The translations under genes and the position numbers were made by a program. A stretch of DNA of 64,000 nucleotides from contig JAUXAO010000002.1 of NCBI GenBank assembly GCA_030619905.1, positions 1,193-65,192 on the forward strand. The letters are read 5' to 3'. Shown piece after piece: positions 38,344 to 48,422 of this stretch. This stretch comes from a bacterium (GTDB lineage Bacteria > Patescibacteriota > Minisyncoccia > Minisyncoccales > CG1-02-41-26). Positions within the stretch are counted from its first letter, which is position 1; each line of letters begins with the position of its first letter. The notes beneath the pieces are model-generated. The model did no database searches and was not told the origin of the DNA. It saw only the letters and a list, made by a program, of their open reading frames with translations.

Positions 38344-39557
38344 AAAAAAAATTACAGAGAATTTTAAAAGTTTTTGCCAAAGCAATTCTTAAAAAATATC
38401 AGCCACAAATTGTTATTATAGTAGGTAGTGTTGGTAAAACTTCAACTAAAGAGGCTGTTTATACGGTTTTGGAAGGAAAATTTAAAGTCAGAAGAAGTAT
38501 TAAGAATTATAATAATGAGATAGGTGTTCCTTTAACGATTTTAGGTTCTCCTTCTGGAGAGAGATCATTTTTGAGATGGCTCAAGATTTTCTTTAAAGCT
38601 ATTTTTCTCAATATATTCAGAGATAAAGATTATCCTGAGATTTTAGTACTTGAAATGGCGGCAGATAAACCCGGTGATCTCAAGTATCTAATAGATATCA
38701 TATTAAAAAAACTTTTAAAGGTAATTGTTCTAACTGGAATAGCTCCTGTTCATTTAGAATTTTTTGGCACTATGGATAACATTTTTGAAGAAAAAACAAC
38801 TCCTTTTTCTCATTTAGAAAAGAATGATTTTGCCATAATCAATAAAGATGATTGCGATCTTGAAAAGGTCAAAGAGAAGATACACTCAAACTTACTAAGC
38901 TATGGGTTAAGTCAAGGGTCTGATATTAAAGCGCAAGAAATAGATTATGACAGAACAGGTTTAAAATTTGAATTTAAGTATAAAGATAAGATTGTTTCCT
39001 CAAGACTTGAGGGAGCAATAGCTAAACATCAACTTTATTCTCTTTTAGGAGCAGCTGCAGTTGGAATATCTTTTAATATAAGTTTAGATGAAAGTTTAGA
39101 AGCTCTTAAAGAATACCAAATTTTGCCTGGGAGAATGCGTAAACTTAAAGGAATAAAAAAGACTACTATTATTGATGATACTTATAATTCTTCTCCAGAA
39201 GCAGCCAAAAAAACCCTTCAGGCCTTAGTCGACTTTCCCTTTGGAAAAAGAAAAATTGCTGTTTTAGGAGATATGCTAGAACTTGGTCAGGGCTCTGAGA
39301 AATTACATCGAGAGGTTGGAGGAATTGTAGCAAAATTAGAGATTGATTATTTAATTACTTTCGGCAAAGAATCTAAATATATTTTTGACGAAGCAAGAAA
39401 AACTGGATTTCCTATAGATCAATCTTTTCAATTTGATGATATTGAAAAAATCACAGATTTTATTAGGAATTTAATAATCCCAGATGACATTTTATTGATA
39501 AAAGGTTCTCGGGCGATGAAGATGGAAGAAATAATCAAAAAGGTTTCAGTAGATTAA
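38334..39557 (+). CDS. murF: UDP-N-acetylmuramoyl-tripeptide--D-alanyl-D-alanine ligase
   Basis: IVGSVGKTSTKE P-loop, DDTYNSSPEA and GDMLELG. Confidence 0.8.
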   Translation: MFLEKKLQRILKVFAKAILKKYQPQIVIIVGSVGKTSTKEAVYTVLEGKFKVRRSIKNYNNEIGVPLTILGSPSGERSFLRWLKIFFKAIFLNIFRDKDYPEILVLEMAADKPGDLKYLIDIILKKLLKVIVLTGIAPVHLEFFGTMDNIFEEKTTPFSHLEKNDFAIINKDDCDLEKVKEKIHSNLLSYGLSQGSDIKAQEIDYDRTGLKFEFKYKDKIVSSRLEGAIAKHQLYSLLGAAAVGISFNISLDESLEALKEYQILPGRMRKLKGIKKTTIIDDTYNSSPEAAKKTLQALVDFPFGKRKIAVLGDMLELGQGSEKLHREVGGIVAKLEIDYLITFGKESKYIFDEARKTGFPIDQSFQFDDIEKITDFIRNLIIPDDILLIKGSRAMKMEEIIKKVSVD

Positions 39558-39561
39558 AAAT

Positions 39562-40521
39562 ATGATTAGGAAAAAAATTAAAGTAGCAATATTAATGGGT
39601 GGTATTTCAAATGAGAGAGAGGTATCCTTGTCTACTGGAAAAACTGTGGCTAAATACTTAGATCCAATTAAATTCAGTTTTAAAACTTACGATACAAAAA
39701 AGGACCTCCCAAAATTATTTGATGATGTTTTAAGAAAAAAAATAGACGTATGTTTTATTGCTCTTCATGGTCGGGGAGGGGAAGATGGTTCAGTTCAAGG
39801 CATGTTGGAACTTTTGGCAATTCCTTATACTGGTTCAGGAATAATAGCTTCGGCAATTGGCATAAATAAAATTGTTAGTAAAAAACTGTTTGAAAAAGAA
39901 AAAATTCTTACGCCGAAATTTATTGTTTTTCAGTCTGATGAAATAAAACTAGAAGGGAGAACTTGGAATAATATTCTGAAGAAAATAAAAAGGAAAATTG
40001 GCTTGCCATGTGTTATTAAACCAACAGAATGTGGATCGAGCGTTGGAGTAACTATTATCAAAAGTGAAAAAGAAATAAAAAAGGGAATTAAAACAGCTTT
40101 AAAAGAAGATAACAAAATTATTGTTGATAAATATATTGATGGAAAAGAAATTACAGTTGGTGTTTTGGGAAATAAAAGGCCAATAGCTTTACCGGTTATA
40201 GAAATTGTTCCCAAAAAGAAATTCTTTGATTATCAGGCAAAATATGATCCAAAATTTTGTGAAGAGATAGTACCAGCTCGAATCTCGGCTAAAATAACTA
40301 AAAAAGCCCAAAAAATAGCCCAAAAAGTTTACCGATTAATAGATTGTAGAGGATTCGGTCGTGTAGATATGATTTTAAATGGAAAAAACATATATATATT
40401 GGAGATTAATACTATTCCTGGATTGACCCCTAATAGTCTTTTACCAAAAGCAGCCCAAGAAGCCGGGATTTCTTTTTCAAAGTTACTTGAAAAAATTATT
40501 AAATTTGCTTTGGAAAAATGA
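39562..40521 (+). CDS. ddl: D-alanine--D-alanine ligase
   Basis: VAILMGGISNEREVSL, ALHGRGGEDGSVQG and LEINTIPG. Confidence 0.9.
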   Translation: MIRKKIKVAILMGGISNEREVSLSTGKTVAKYLDPIKFSFKTYDTKKDLPKLFDDVLRKKIDVCFIALHGRGGEDGSVQGMLELLAIPYTGSGIIASAIGINKIVSKKLFEKEKILTPKFIVFQSDEIKLEGRTWNNILKKIKRKIGLPCVIKPTECGSSVGVTIIKSEKEIKKGIKTALKEDNKIIVDKYIDGKEITVGVLGNKRPIALPVIEIVPKKKFFDYQAKYDPKFCEEIVPARISAKITKKAQKIAQKVYRLIDCRGFGRVDMILNGKNIYILEINTIPGLTPNSLLPKAAQEAGISFSKLLEKIIKFALEK

Positions 40522-41288
40522 GACGATTTAGAGTCAAAAAGAGATTTAAAAGGAAAAAATCGATTTTTAAAAATCGATTCTTTTGGATTTCTTTTTTTAT
40601 TTTGATTTTAGTCTTTGGTTTATCTTATTTTTTTATTTTTTCTCAGGTTTTCAGAATAGAAGAAATTAAAATATCAAGCACGGATGATTCTTTGAAAATG
40701 AAAGTTGAGGAAGTTATTAAAAAAGAAATTGGTAAGAATATTTTTTTAGTAAATCTTAAGAAGATAAGTAAAGAAATTCTAAGTGAATTTCCTGAAATTG
40801 CACAGCTAAATTTGAAAAGAAAATTTCCTCGTATCATAAACATTCAAATTGAAACAAGAGAACCGGTTGGAATTTGGTGTTATCAATCCTATGATAAATG
40901 TTTCTTTATTAATAAAGAAGGGATAATTTTTAAGGAAATTGGAGAAGAGTCAATTGAAGGAAAAATAATAATTCTTTCACTAAAAGAGGGAGAGATTTTT
41001 GCCCTTGGAGAAGAAATTCTTGTTCCTCAGACACTAGAGTTGATTTTAGAAATTGAAAAAGAGCTAAAAGAAAATTTAAAAATTGAAATTGAAAATTTTA
41101 CAGTTGTTTCGGAGAAGAGATTAAATGTAAAAACAAACGAAAACTGGGAAATCTATTTTAATTTAGAAAAAGACACTAAATTAGAACTGACAAAACTTAA
41201 AGTGCTTTTAGAAGAAGAGATTCCTCCTGAAAAGAGGAGGAATCTTGAATATATTGATTTAAGGTTTGAAAAAATCTTCTATAAATGA
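40518..41288 (+). CDS. ftsQ: cell division protein FtsQ/DivIB-like (POTRA)
   Basis: Basic N-terminus, a single TM, then a POTRA-like FRIEEIKISS...; position after ddl. Confidence 0.65.
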   Translation: MRRFRVKKRFKRKKSIFKNRFFWISFFILILVFGLSYFFIFSQVFRIEEIKISSTDDSLKMKVEEVIKKEIGKNIFLVNLKKISKEILSEFPEIAQLNLKRKFPRIINIQIETREPVGIWCYQSYDKCFFINKEGIIFKEIGEESIEGKIIILSLKEGEIFALGEEILVPQTLELILEIEKELKENLKIEIENFTVVSEKRLNVKTNENWEIYFNLEKDTKLELTKLKVLLEEEIPPEKRRNLEYIDLRFEKIFYK

Positions 41289-43048
41289 GGTTTATCGTAT
41301 TGGATGTAGTAGATAAATATTGAGTTCCCGGCTCGGGCAATCGGCTCATAATCATTTAGCCAGTTATAATAGCCTGCTGGTTGGTCAAAGTTTTTTACTG
41401 GTTCTCCTCGTCCGCCTTGGAGCAGAGTTGCTGAAACGGCAAGATAGCTTCCACTTGGAAGTTCTGATGGTGATTTTGTTCCCTGCCAGGAAAGATATTT
41501 TTCTCCTAAGTAATAGAAAACATCCCCACCCCCAAAATAGTCAACATATATTTTTTCAATATTATTTTTTTCAATCCAAACTTCTAATCTTTTTAAATCT
41601 TGCCCCCAGTCATAATTTGAATCGGTAACATATTGGTAGCCGTTTTTTTGTCCTCCTCCTAACTCGTTAAAATAAGAAAGATAATGAGGGAAAACTAAAC
41701 AAGAGGAAATAATATACCAGCCAAAGATAACAAATAGAATAGACAGCGCTATTTTTTTAAGTAGTGGTTTTCGAATATTCTTGAATCGTTCCTTAATAAC
41801 TAAACAAACTAAAATATAAGTAAAAGGAAAGACCGGAAGAACATGTCTGATTCCGAGGTTAAGATTGCTTTTGATTGAAACTAACCAATAGATTAGCAAA
41901 AAAACGAGCATTGAAAATTCGGTAAAGTGATTTTTAATCCAGTAATTAAACCTAACAAAACAATTCTTCAAACTTCTTTTTAAAACAAGGCAACACATTG
42001 CAATCAAGGTTAATAAATGAAAAGCCAGAGGAATTTTTAGAAAATAAACAACTGGAAAATAATACCAACTTCCGGCTGCTGAAACTTGACCTAAGAAGTA
42101 TGTGGTATTGCCACCTGCCACCCTTTGGGTAGCCATTAAAAGTCCAAAAAGGTATTGAGCATAGGGACGGAATATTGGTTTTTGAGTCATCCAATAAGTA
42201 AGATTAACTAAAGGTTTTAAAACATTTGATTCTAAGATATATTTTGTGTCATCAAATTGTTTTTCAAGAGGATAATTTAAAAGGTGAAATTCATAAACCA
42301 GCCAAACGACAATCATTCCTATAATTCCTACTAAAATAGCCAATCCAATATATTTTAGGACTTTTTTAAAATTACGAGTATTAAACCAGGCATATGTTAA
42401 AGTAATTATTAGAAAAAATGGAATCAGCAAGACTAAAGAGAACTTCAAAAGCATTGAGATACCGAAAAATATTCCAGCTAGAATTATATTCTTTTTAGAA
42501 GGATTTTTGAGCCATTTTAGCCAAAAATAAGTAGCCAAAAGTACTCCCAGAACAGCTCCGACATCAGTGGTTACTAATCTTCCGTGAGCTAGAAAAGTAG
42601 GAGAAAAAGTGAAAAGAGACAGAACGGAGATTGCCATTATATTGCCGCCTATTTTTCTTGCCCAATAAAATAAGAACCAACCCAGAAGCACTAAGAGCAG
42701 AATCATTGGAATTCTTGCCCAAAATATGATTTGATCGGCGTCATTTCCAGATTGATACAAAAACTGATTTCCAAACCACCATTGCTGATTAACTCCTTCG
42801 GTCCAGGAAGGATGTTCCTCTGGGAAATTAAGATTTAAAAATAAGAGAGGAAAAGCAGATAGGTCTTTTATTAAAGGAGGATGTTCTGCATTAAGTCGGT
42901 AATCTTTTTGGGATAGATAGGAATAACCGGCTGGAATATGAGGCAGTTCATCCATGGTGGAAGACATTCCTTTTATACTAAAGAGAGCTAAAAGGAACAT
43001 TAGGATTAAAAGTACGGAAGCTATTAAATTTGTAAGACGGTTGGACAT
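41279..43048 (-). CDS. polytopic membrane glycosyltransferase, GT39/ArnT-PMT_2-like, with C-terminal soluble domain
   Basis: 589 aa; many TM helices; first-loop MDELPHIPAGYSYL acidic motif. Confidence 0.55.
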   Translation of the reverse strand: MSNRLTNLIASVLLILMFLLALFSIKGMSSTMDELPHIPAGYSYLSQKDYRLNAEHPPLIKDLSAFPLLFLNLNFPEEHPSWTEGVNQQWWFGNQFLYQSGNDADQIIFWARIPMILLLVLLGWFLFYWARKIGGNIMAISVLSLFTFSPTFLAHGRLVTTDVGAVLGVLLATYFWLKWLKNPSKKNIILAGIFFGISMLLKFSLVLLIPFFLIITLTYAWFNTRNFKKVLKYIGLAILVGIIGMIVVWLVYEFHLLNYPLEKQFDDTKYILESNVLKPLVNLTYWMTQKPIFRPYAQYLFGLLMATQRVAGGNTTYFLGQVSAAGSWYYFPVVYFLKIPLAFHLLTLIAMCCLVLKRSLKNCFVRFNYWIKNHFTEFSMLVFLLIYWLVSIKSNLNLGIRHVLPVFPFTYILVCLVIKERFKNIRKPLLKKIALSILFVIFGWYIISSCLVFPHYLSYFNELGGGQKNGYQYVTDSNYDWGQDLKRLEVWIEKNNIEKIYVDYFGGGDVFYYLGEKYLSWQGTKSPSELPSGSYLAVSATLLQGGRGEPVKNFDQPAGYYNWLNDYEPIARAGNSIFIYYIQYDKPHL

Positions 43049-43058
43049 ATATTAAAAA

Positions 43059-44609
43059 TTAATGATTTATTTTAAATATTTCGACTTCATTTTTTTGGAT
43101 GATTTCTCCGTTAGGAAATCTTTTAAGAAGTTGATTAAATAAATTTTCATCATATTTCATCAAGACAATCACTCCTTGTTTTTCGATTTCAATCTTGTCA
43201 ATATTTTCTGGTAATAAGTAAATAGTTTGTATTTCTTTGGACTTTGTTTTTTCAATAAACATTACAGTTTGAGCAGGCACAGGAATTCCTTTTACTAAGA
43301 CACCTGATTGGTTAACAATCACGTATTTTTTTGTTGTTTCTGGTAAAGAATTTAAATAATTTCCTATAGAAACATAGTCTTTAGCAAACGCTCCTTCAAC
43401 TTCCGTATTCGTGCCCCATAAGATAAAGTAACGCCAGTATTGGGTATAAACAAAAGAAGTAGTAAGTATTATAAAAAGACAGACAATAAGCCAAATTGGT
43501 AATTTGGGTCTGGAAAGGAGTTTAACTTTTTTCCAGAGAAATGCACCTCCTATACCAGCTAAGATAAAAACTGGAGGAATAGAACCGATTATTCTTAAAG
43601 AATGGGGGATTCCTTCAAAACTTAAGGCGCCGGGCAACAGCATAACTAACCACCAGCTTAATAGTAACCAATAACCGACAATTGATGCCCAATTTCTATC
43701 TTTAAAAACTTTAAGAATTTTTTGAATGCAAAAAATTAATCCTATGAAAAACAAAATTCCCACTGGCCAAAAAAGAACTGGTTTTCCTGAAATATTATGA
43801 CGCCAGTTAAAATCACCAAAGAAGTTAAAGGTTAAAATGTGAGAAGCCGAACTTTTTGTTAGAGCTAATAAAGGATTGTCTTGAGAAAAAACAGAAACGC
43901 CACCAGCCCTAGAGATAAAATCTTGAGGATTGTTTAAAAAGTATATTCCTATTGGCAGAGCAACAAAAAATGTTGCTAATAACCAACAAGCAATAAATAC
44001 AAAGAATTTTTTTTGTTGATTTTCTTTTTTGTAAATTAACCACCAAGGTATTAAAATTAACAAAACTAGAAGAACAACTAATCGGAAAGCGATGTAAGTA
44101 TGAAAACCTAAACCAAAAAATAAGCCAGATAGGATAAAATTTGATAATTTTTTAGTTTTGAAGCCACGAAAAAGAAAATAGAATAGAAAAACCAGGCAAA
44201 ATGGTACTAAAATTGCCCGGAAAGCGATCCGAGAGAAATTTATATGCCAAAAAGATAAAGCTAAAAGAAAAGAAGAAAGAAGAGCTATATTTCTTGAAAG
44301 AATTTCCTTAGTCAAAAAATAAAGCCCCATAACTGTCAAAACACCAATTAAAGCAGAAATAAATTTAAGAGACCAAATAGAAATGCCGAACAGAGAAAAG
44401 CTTAGATAAATGAGGTTAATAAAGAATCCTTCTCGGCCATTATTTTCGGGATAGAAAATTTTTCCTGGCTCAGAAACTGCTTGATTGGCATTTATTGCTT
44501 CATCCGGGTAAATTCCTGGCGGGATATTATCTAAATTATAAAATCTAAAAAAAGTAGCTATCCCTAAAATAATCAGTAAAAGAAGGATATATTGTAGATT
44601 TCTTTTCAT
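43059..44609 (-). CDS. GT39-family (ArnT/PMT_2-like) glycosyltransferase
   Basis: 516 aa; NIPPGIYPDEAINA first-loop motif; polytopic. Confidence 0.65.
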   Translation of the reverse strand: MKRNLQYILLLLIILGIATFFRFYNLDNIPPGIYPDEAINANQAVSEPGKIFYPENNGREGFFINLIYLSFSLFGISIWSLKFISALIGVLTVMGLYFLTKEILSRNIALLSSFLLALSFWHINFSRIAFRAILVPFCLVFLFYFLFRGFKTKKLSNFILSGLFFGLGFHTYIAFRLVVLLVLLILIPWWLIYKKENQQKKFFVFIACWLLATFFVALPIGIYFLNNPQDFISRAGGVSVFSQDNPLLALTKSSASHILTFNFFGDFNWRHNISGKPVLFWPVGILFFIGLIFCIQKILKVFKDRNWASIVGYWLLLSWWLVMLLPGALSFEGIPHSLRIIGSIPPVFILAGIGGAFLWKKVKLLSRPKLPIWLIVCLFIILTTSFVYTQYWRYFILWGTNTEVEGAFAKDYVSIGNYLNSLPETTKKYVIVNQSGVLVKGIPVPAQTVMFIEKTKSKEIQTIYLLPENIDKIEIEKQGVIVLMKYDENLFNQLLKRFPNGEIIQKNEVEIFKINH

Positions 44610-44689
44610 TTAATATATTTTAACAAATCCTCAAATGTAAACAAGTTTTTTATGGTAAATATTTAATATTGGCGATTTAAGAATAATCC

Positions 44690-44717
44690 TTGACTGTTAA
44701 TCTTAATTTGGTATAAT
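44690..44717 (+). promoter_or_regulatory. candidate promoter of the grpE-dnaK-dnaJ operon
   Basis: TTGACT (44690-44695), 16 nt, extended -10 TGgTATAAT (44709-44717). Confidence 0.45.
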
Positions 44718-44793
44718 AAATTTGGTTATAGAGATAAATACCACAATAGAAAGTGGTTTTTTATGATAAAAGATTGAGGCCTAAAAATAAAAA

Positions 44794-45288
44794 ATGAAAA
44801 AAGAAATTAAAAAAGAAAATAAGCCAAAATATGATAAAAAAGGAAAGCTGGAAAAATGCCAAAAAGAAAAAGATGAATATTTGGCAGGATGGCAGAGGGC
44901 AAGAGCTGACTTCTTGAATTACAAAAAACAAGAAATTGAAAGACTCAAGGAAATTATGGAATATGGCTCTCAGGGATTAATTCTAAAGATTCTCCCGATT
45001 TTGGATAGTTTAGAAAAAGCTGAAACTCAAATTCCTCTGGATTTTAGAAATAATGAATGGGTTAAAGGAATTTCGCAAGTTAAAAGTCAACTTCAAGATT
45101 TTCTTAGAAAGGAGGGAGTTAAAGAAATAAAAACAATAGGAGAAAAATTTGACCCTAATTTTCATGAAGCATTGGAGAAAATTCGAGTAGAAAATAAAGA
45201 ACCAGGAAGAGTTATTAAAGAAATTCAAAAAGGCTATACATTAAATAATAAGGTCATAAGACCTGCTAAAGTAAAAATAACAAAGTAA
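44794..45288 (+). CDS. grpE: nucleotide exchange factor GrpE
   Basis: [26 protein letters not shown] and VIRPAKV. Confidence 0.9.
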   Translation: MKKEIKKENKPKYDKKGKLEKCQKEKDEYLAGWQRARADFLNYKKQEIERLKEIMEYGSQGLILKILPILDSLEKAETQIPLDFRNNEWVKGISQVKSQLQDFLRKEGVKEIKTIGEKFDPNFHEALEKIRVENKEPGRVIKEIQKGYTLNNKVIRPAKVKITK

Positions 45289-45292
45289 AATT

Positions 45293-47179
45293 ATGTCAAA
45301 AATTTTAGGTATTGATTTAGGAACAACTTTTTCGGCTATGGCTGTAATTGAAGCAGGAAAGCCAAAAATAATCGAAAATAAAGAAGGCGCGAGAACTACT
45401 CCTTCAATGGTTGCAGTGACTAAAAATAATGAAAGATTAGTCGGAATTATAGCCCGGCGGCAGGCTATTACCAATCCGGAAAACACAATTTTTTCCGTAA
45501 AAAGGTTAATAGGTAGGAAATTTTCCGATCCTGAAATACAAAAAGACAAGAAAACCTTACCATATGAGATTCGAGAATCAAATGATGGGGGAGTAGAAGT
45601 AAGAATGGGTGATAGATTCTACAAATCTCCAGAAATATCAGCTATGATTTTGCAAAAACTCAAACAAGATGCCGAGGAAAAATTAGGAGAGAAAATTGAT
45701 GAAGCTATTATCACCTGTCCAGCCTATTTTGATGATTCCCAAAGAAAAGCTACCAAAGTAGCAGGTGAAATTGCTGGTTTTAAAGTAAGAAGAATTATCA
45801 ATGAACCAACTGCTGCTGCCCTAGCTTATGGTTTAACTAAAAAGAAAGACCATCAGATTGTTGTCTACGATTTTGGCGGAGGCACATTTGATATTTCTAT
45901 TCTAGATGTTGGAAAAGATACAGTTGAAGTTAAAGGAACTGGCGGCAATACTCATCTTGGAGGTGATGATTTTGATCAGCGAGTAATGAATTGGGTAGTT
46001 GATAATTTTAAGAAAGATCAGGGAATTGATTTATCAAAAGATACCTTGGCTCTTCAGAGAATAAAAGAGATGGCTGAAAAAGCAAAAATAGAGTTATCTT
46101 CGAGTATGGAAACAGATATAAACCTTCCTTTTGTCACTTCTGACGCCTCGGGCCCAAAACACCTGCTTTATAAGTTAACCAGGGCTCAATTGGAAAATAT
46201 GGTTTCCGATTACATTGAAGAATCAATTGGCTTAGTGAAAAAGACTCTTAAAGAAGCAAATCTTAAGCCGGAAGATATTGAGGAAATAGTTTTGGTTGGC
46301 GGTCAAACAAGAATGCCGAAAATTCAGGAAGAAATTAAAAAGGTTTTTGGGAAAGAACCTTGTAAAGAAATAAATCCAGATGAAGTAGTGGCAATTGGGG
46401 CTGCAGTTGAAGCTGGAATTTTGCAAGGAGAAGTGAAAGATGTTTTATTATTAGATGTTACTCCACTAAGTTTTGGTATTGAGACTTTAGGAGGAGTAAA
46501 TACAATTTTAATTGCTAAAAATACTACTATTCCTACTTCAAAAACCCAGATTTTTTCAACCGCAGCTGATAGTCAACCTTCGGTTGAAATTCATGTTTTG
46601 CAAGGAGAACGTCCTCTGGTAATTAATAATAAAAGTTTAGGGAGATTTATGCTAGATGGTGTTCCTCCTGCTCCCAGAGGTGTTCCCCAGATTGAAGTTA
46701 GCTTTGATATTGATGCTGATGGAATTTTAAACGTTTCCGCCAAAGACAAGACAACAGGTAAATCTCAGTCAATTAGAATTGAAGGTTCCTGTGGATTATC
46801 AGAAGAAGAAATTGAAAAAATGAAGAAAGAGGCTGAAATGCACCTTGCTGAAGATCAACAAAAGAAAGAACTTATTGAAGCAAAGAATCTGGCTGATAAT
46901 CTGATTTATACTTCAGAAAAAACATTAAAAGAAGCAGGAGATAAAGTTTCTCCAGAATCAAAAAAAGAGATTGAAGAAAAAATCGCTGATTTGAAGAAAG
47001 TAAAAGATAGTGGTAATATTGAGGAGTTAAAAACAAAAACTCAAGAATTATCTCAAATAATTCAAAAAATCGGGTCGGAAATGTATAAGGCTGCTCAGGA
47101 AAAAAAGACAGAAGAGAAAAAAGAAGAGAAAAAAGATGATAAAGAGAAACCAGAAGAAGGAGAATACAAAGAAAAATAA
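45293..47179 (+). CDS. dnaK: molecular chaperone DnaK (Hsp70)
   Basis: [29 protein letters not shown] and [14 protein letters not shown]. Confidence 0.97.
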   Translation: MSKILGIDLGTTFSAMAVIEAGKPKIIENKEGARTTPSMVAVTKNNERLVGIIARRQAITNPENTIFSVKRLIGRKFSDPEIQKDKKTLPYEIRESNDGGVEVRMGDRFYKSPEISAMILQKLKQDAEEKLGEKIDEAIITCPAYFDDSQRKATKVAGEIAGFKVRRIINEPTAAALAYGLTKKKDHQIVVYDFGGGTFDISILDVGKDTVEVKGTGGNTHLGGDDFDQRVMNWVVDNFKKDQGIDLSKDTLALQRIKEMAEKAKIELSSSMETDINLPFVTSDASGPKHLLYKLTRAQLENMVSDYIEESIGLVKKTLKEANLKPEDIEEIVLVGGQTRMPKIQEEIKKVFGKEPCKEINPDEVVAIGAAVEAGILQGEVKDVLLLDVTPLSFGIETLGGVNTILIAKNTTIPTSKTQIFSTAADSQPSVEIHVLQGERPLVINNKSLGRFMLDGVPPAPRGVPQIEVSFDIDADGILNVSAKDKTTGKSQSIRIEGSCGLSEEEIEKMKKEAEMHLAEDQQKKELIEAKNLADNLIYTSEKTLKEAGDKVSPESKKEIEEKIADLKKVKDSGNIEELKTKTQELSQIIQKIGSEMYKAAQEKKTEEKKEEKKDDKEKPEEGEYKEK

Positions 47180-47181
47180 AT

Positions 47182-48255
47182 ATGAAAGACTATTATAATA
47201 TCTTAGGAGTGTCTAAAGATGCTTCTCAGGTGGAAATAAAAAAAGCTTATTATAACTTGGCTCATAAGTACCATCCTGATAAAGGAGGGGATGAAAACAA
47301 ATTTAAAGAGATAAATGAAGCCTATCAAGTGCTTTCTAGTAAAGAAAAAAGAGATCAATATGATAGGTTTGGTCAAGTTTTTGAAGGAGCAGGTTCTCAA
47401 CCTGGATTTGATTTTAGTTCTTTTTGGGGAAATACGCCAGAACAAGGTTTTGGCTCATTAAATCTGGAGGATTTATTTGGAGATTTTTTTGGCTTTAGCA
47501 GACAAAGAAGAGGAAAAAAAGTTAATCAAGGAAGAAATATTGAAGTAAATGTTGAAATAAATCTGGAAGATACTTTGAAAAGTATTAAAAGGACTATTTC
47601 TCTTGAAAAATTAATGACCTGTAGCCGTTGTCGGGGAACAGGAGCTGAGCCAGGGACAAAATTGAAAGAATGTTTTACCTGTCGCGGCAAGGGTCAGGTT
47701 CAGCAAATTAAAAAAACCTTTTTCGGCTCTTTCACTACTTATGTTATTTGTCCGGAATGTAAAGGAGAGGGAAAAATACCGGAAAAACCCTGTAATGTTT
47801 GTCACGGAGAAGGAAGAATTACTGGGAAAGAAAAAATTGAGGTTTTTATTCCAGCTGGAATTGATTCAAATCAAATAATAAAAATCAAAGGTAAAGGAGA
47901 AGCAGGCAGAAGATCTGAAAGAGCAGGAGATTTATACATTAGAGTTTCTGTTAAGTCCCACCCAGTTTTCAAAAGAAAGGGAGACGATCTTTTTTTAGAA
48001 TTAGATATTCCTTTTTCCGATGCTTGTCTTGGTAGCGAAATTGAGCTTACTACTTTAGGAGGAAAGGGAATTTCTTTAAAAATTCCTCAAGGTATTAAGT
48101 CAGGAAGAGTTTTGAGAATTTCTGGGAAAGGAATACCTTATTTTTCAGGTTTTGGCATAGGAAATCTTTATGTTAAGTTCGATATTAAAACTCCTAAGAA
48201 ATTAACAAAAAAACAAAAAGAATTACTGGAAAAATTAAAAAAAGAAGGAATATAA
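47182..48255 (+). CDS. dnaJ: molecular chaperone DnaJ
   Basis: J domain YHPDKGG; four CxxCxGxG repeats ([32 protein letters not shown]). Confidence 0.95.
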   Translation: MKDYYNILGVSKDASQVEIKKAYYNLAHKYHPDKGGDENKFKEINEAYQVLSSKEKRDQYDRFGQVFEGAGSQPGFDFSSFWGNTPEQGFGSLNLEDLFGDFFGFSRQRRGKKVNQGRNIEVNVEINLEDTLKSIKRTISLEKLMTCSRCRGTGAEPGTKLKECFTCRGKGQVQQIKKTFFGSFTTYVICPECKGEGKIPEKPCNVCHGEGRITGKEKIEVFIPAGIDSNQIIKIKGKGEAGRRSERAGDLYIRVSVKSHPVFKRKGDDLFLELDIPFSDACLGSEIELTTLGGKGISLKIPQGIKSGRVLRISGKGIPYFSGFGIGNLYVKFDIKTPKKLTKKQKELLEKLKKEGI

Positions 48256-48263
48256 TTAATAAT

Positions 48264-48335
48264 GGGTCCATAACTCAATTGGTAGAGTAGTAGCCTTTTA
48301 AGCTATTAATCCGGGTTCAAGTCCCGGTGGACCCA
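48264..48335 (+). tRNA. tRNA-Lys (anticodon UUU)
   Basis: GGGTCCA/TGGACCC acceptor, loop CTTTTAA, T-arm CCGGGTTCAAGTCCCGG. Confidence 0.9.
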
Positions 48336-48422
48336 CTTTTTTGTTAAAATCTAAATATCCTAGGGTTCAATCTCGGGATATTTAAGGTTGAAAGAAGTCA
48401 TTATATTTTTTATAATAATAAC

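Noticed and set aside
44610-44793. Search for a CIRCE/HrcA operator or RNA thermometer upstream of grpE-dnaK-dnaJ
   Set aside because: There is no TTAGCACTC-N9-GAGTGCTAA-like inverted repeat. Only a weak ACCAC...GTGGT-T6 hairpin (about 44740-44765) is present, and it is too short to call.
48336-48400. Sequence ATATCCTAGGGTTCAATCTCGGGATAT just after tRNA-Lys, resembling the tRNA's own T-arm (CCGGGTTCAAGTCCCGG); considered as an att-site scar of an integrated element
   Set aside because: The downstream genes (ctp, rplI, pyrG, rpmA) are core housekeeping genes. The nearest recombinase is Xer-type and 4 kb away, and the similarity is short and imperfect. It may just be a hairpin or terminator. 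It is worth only a quick check against relatives.
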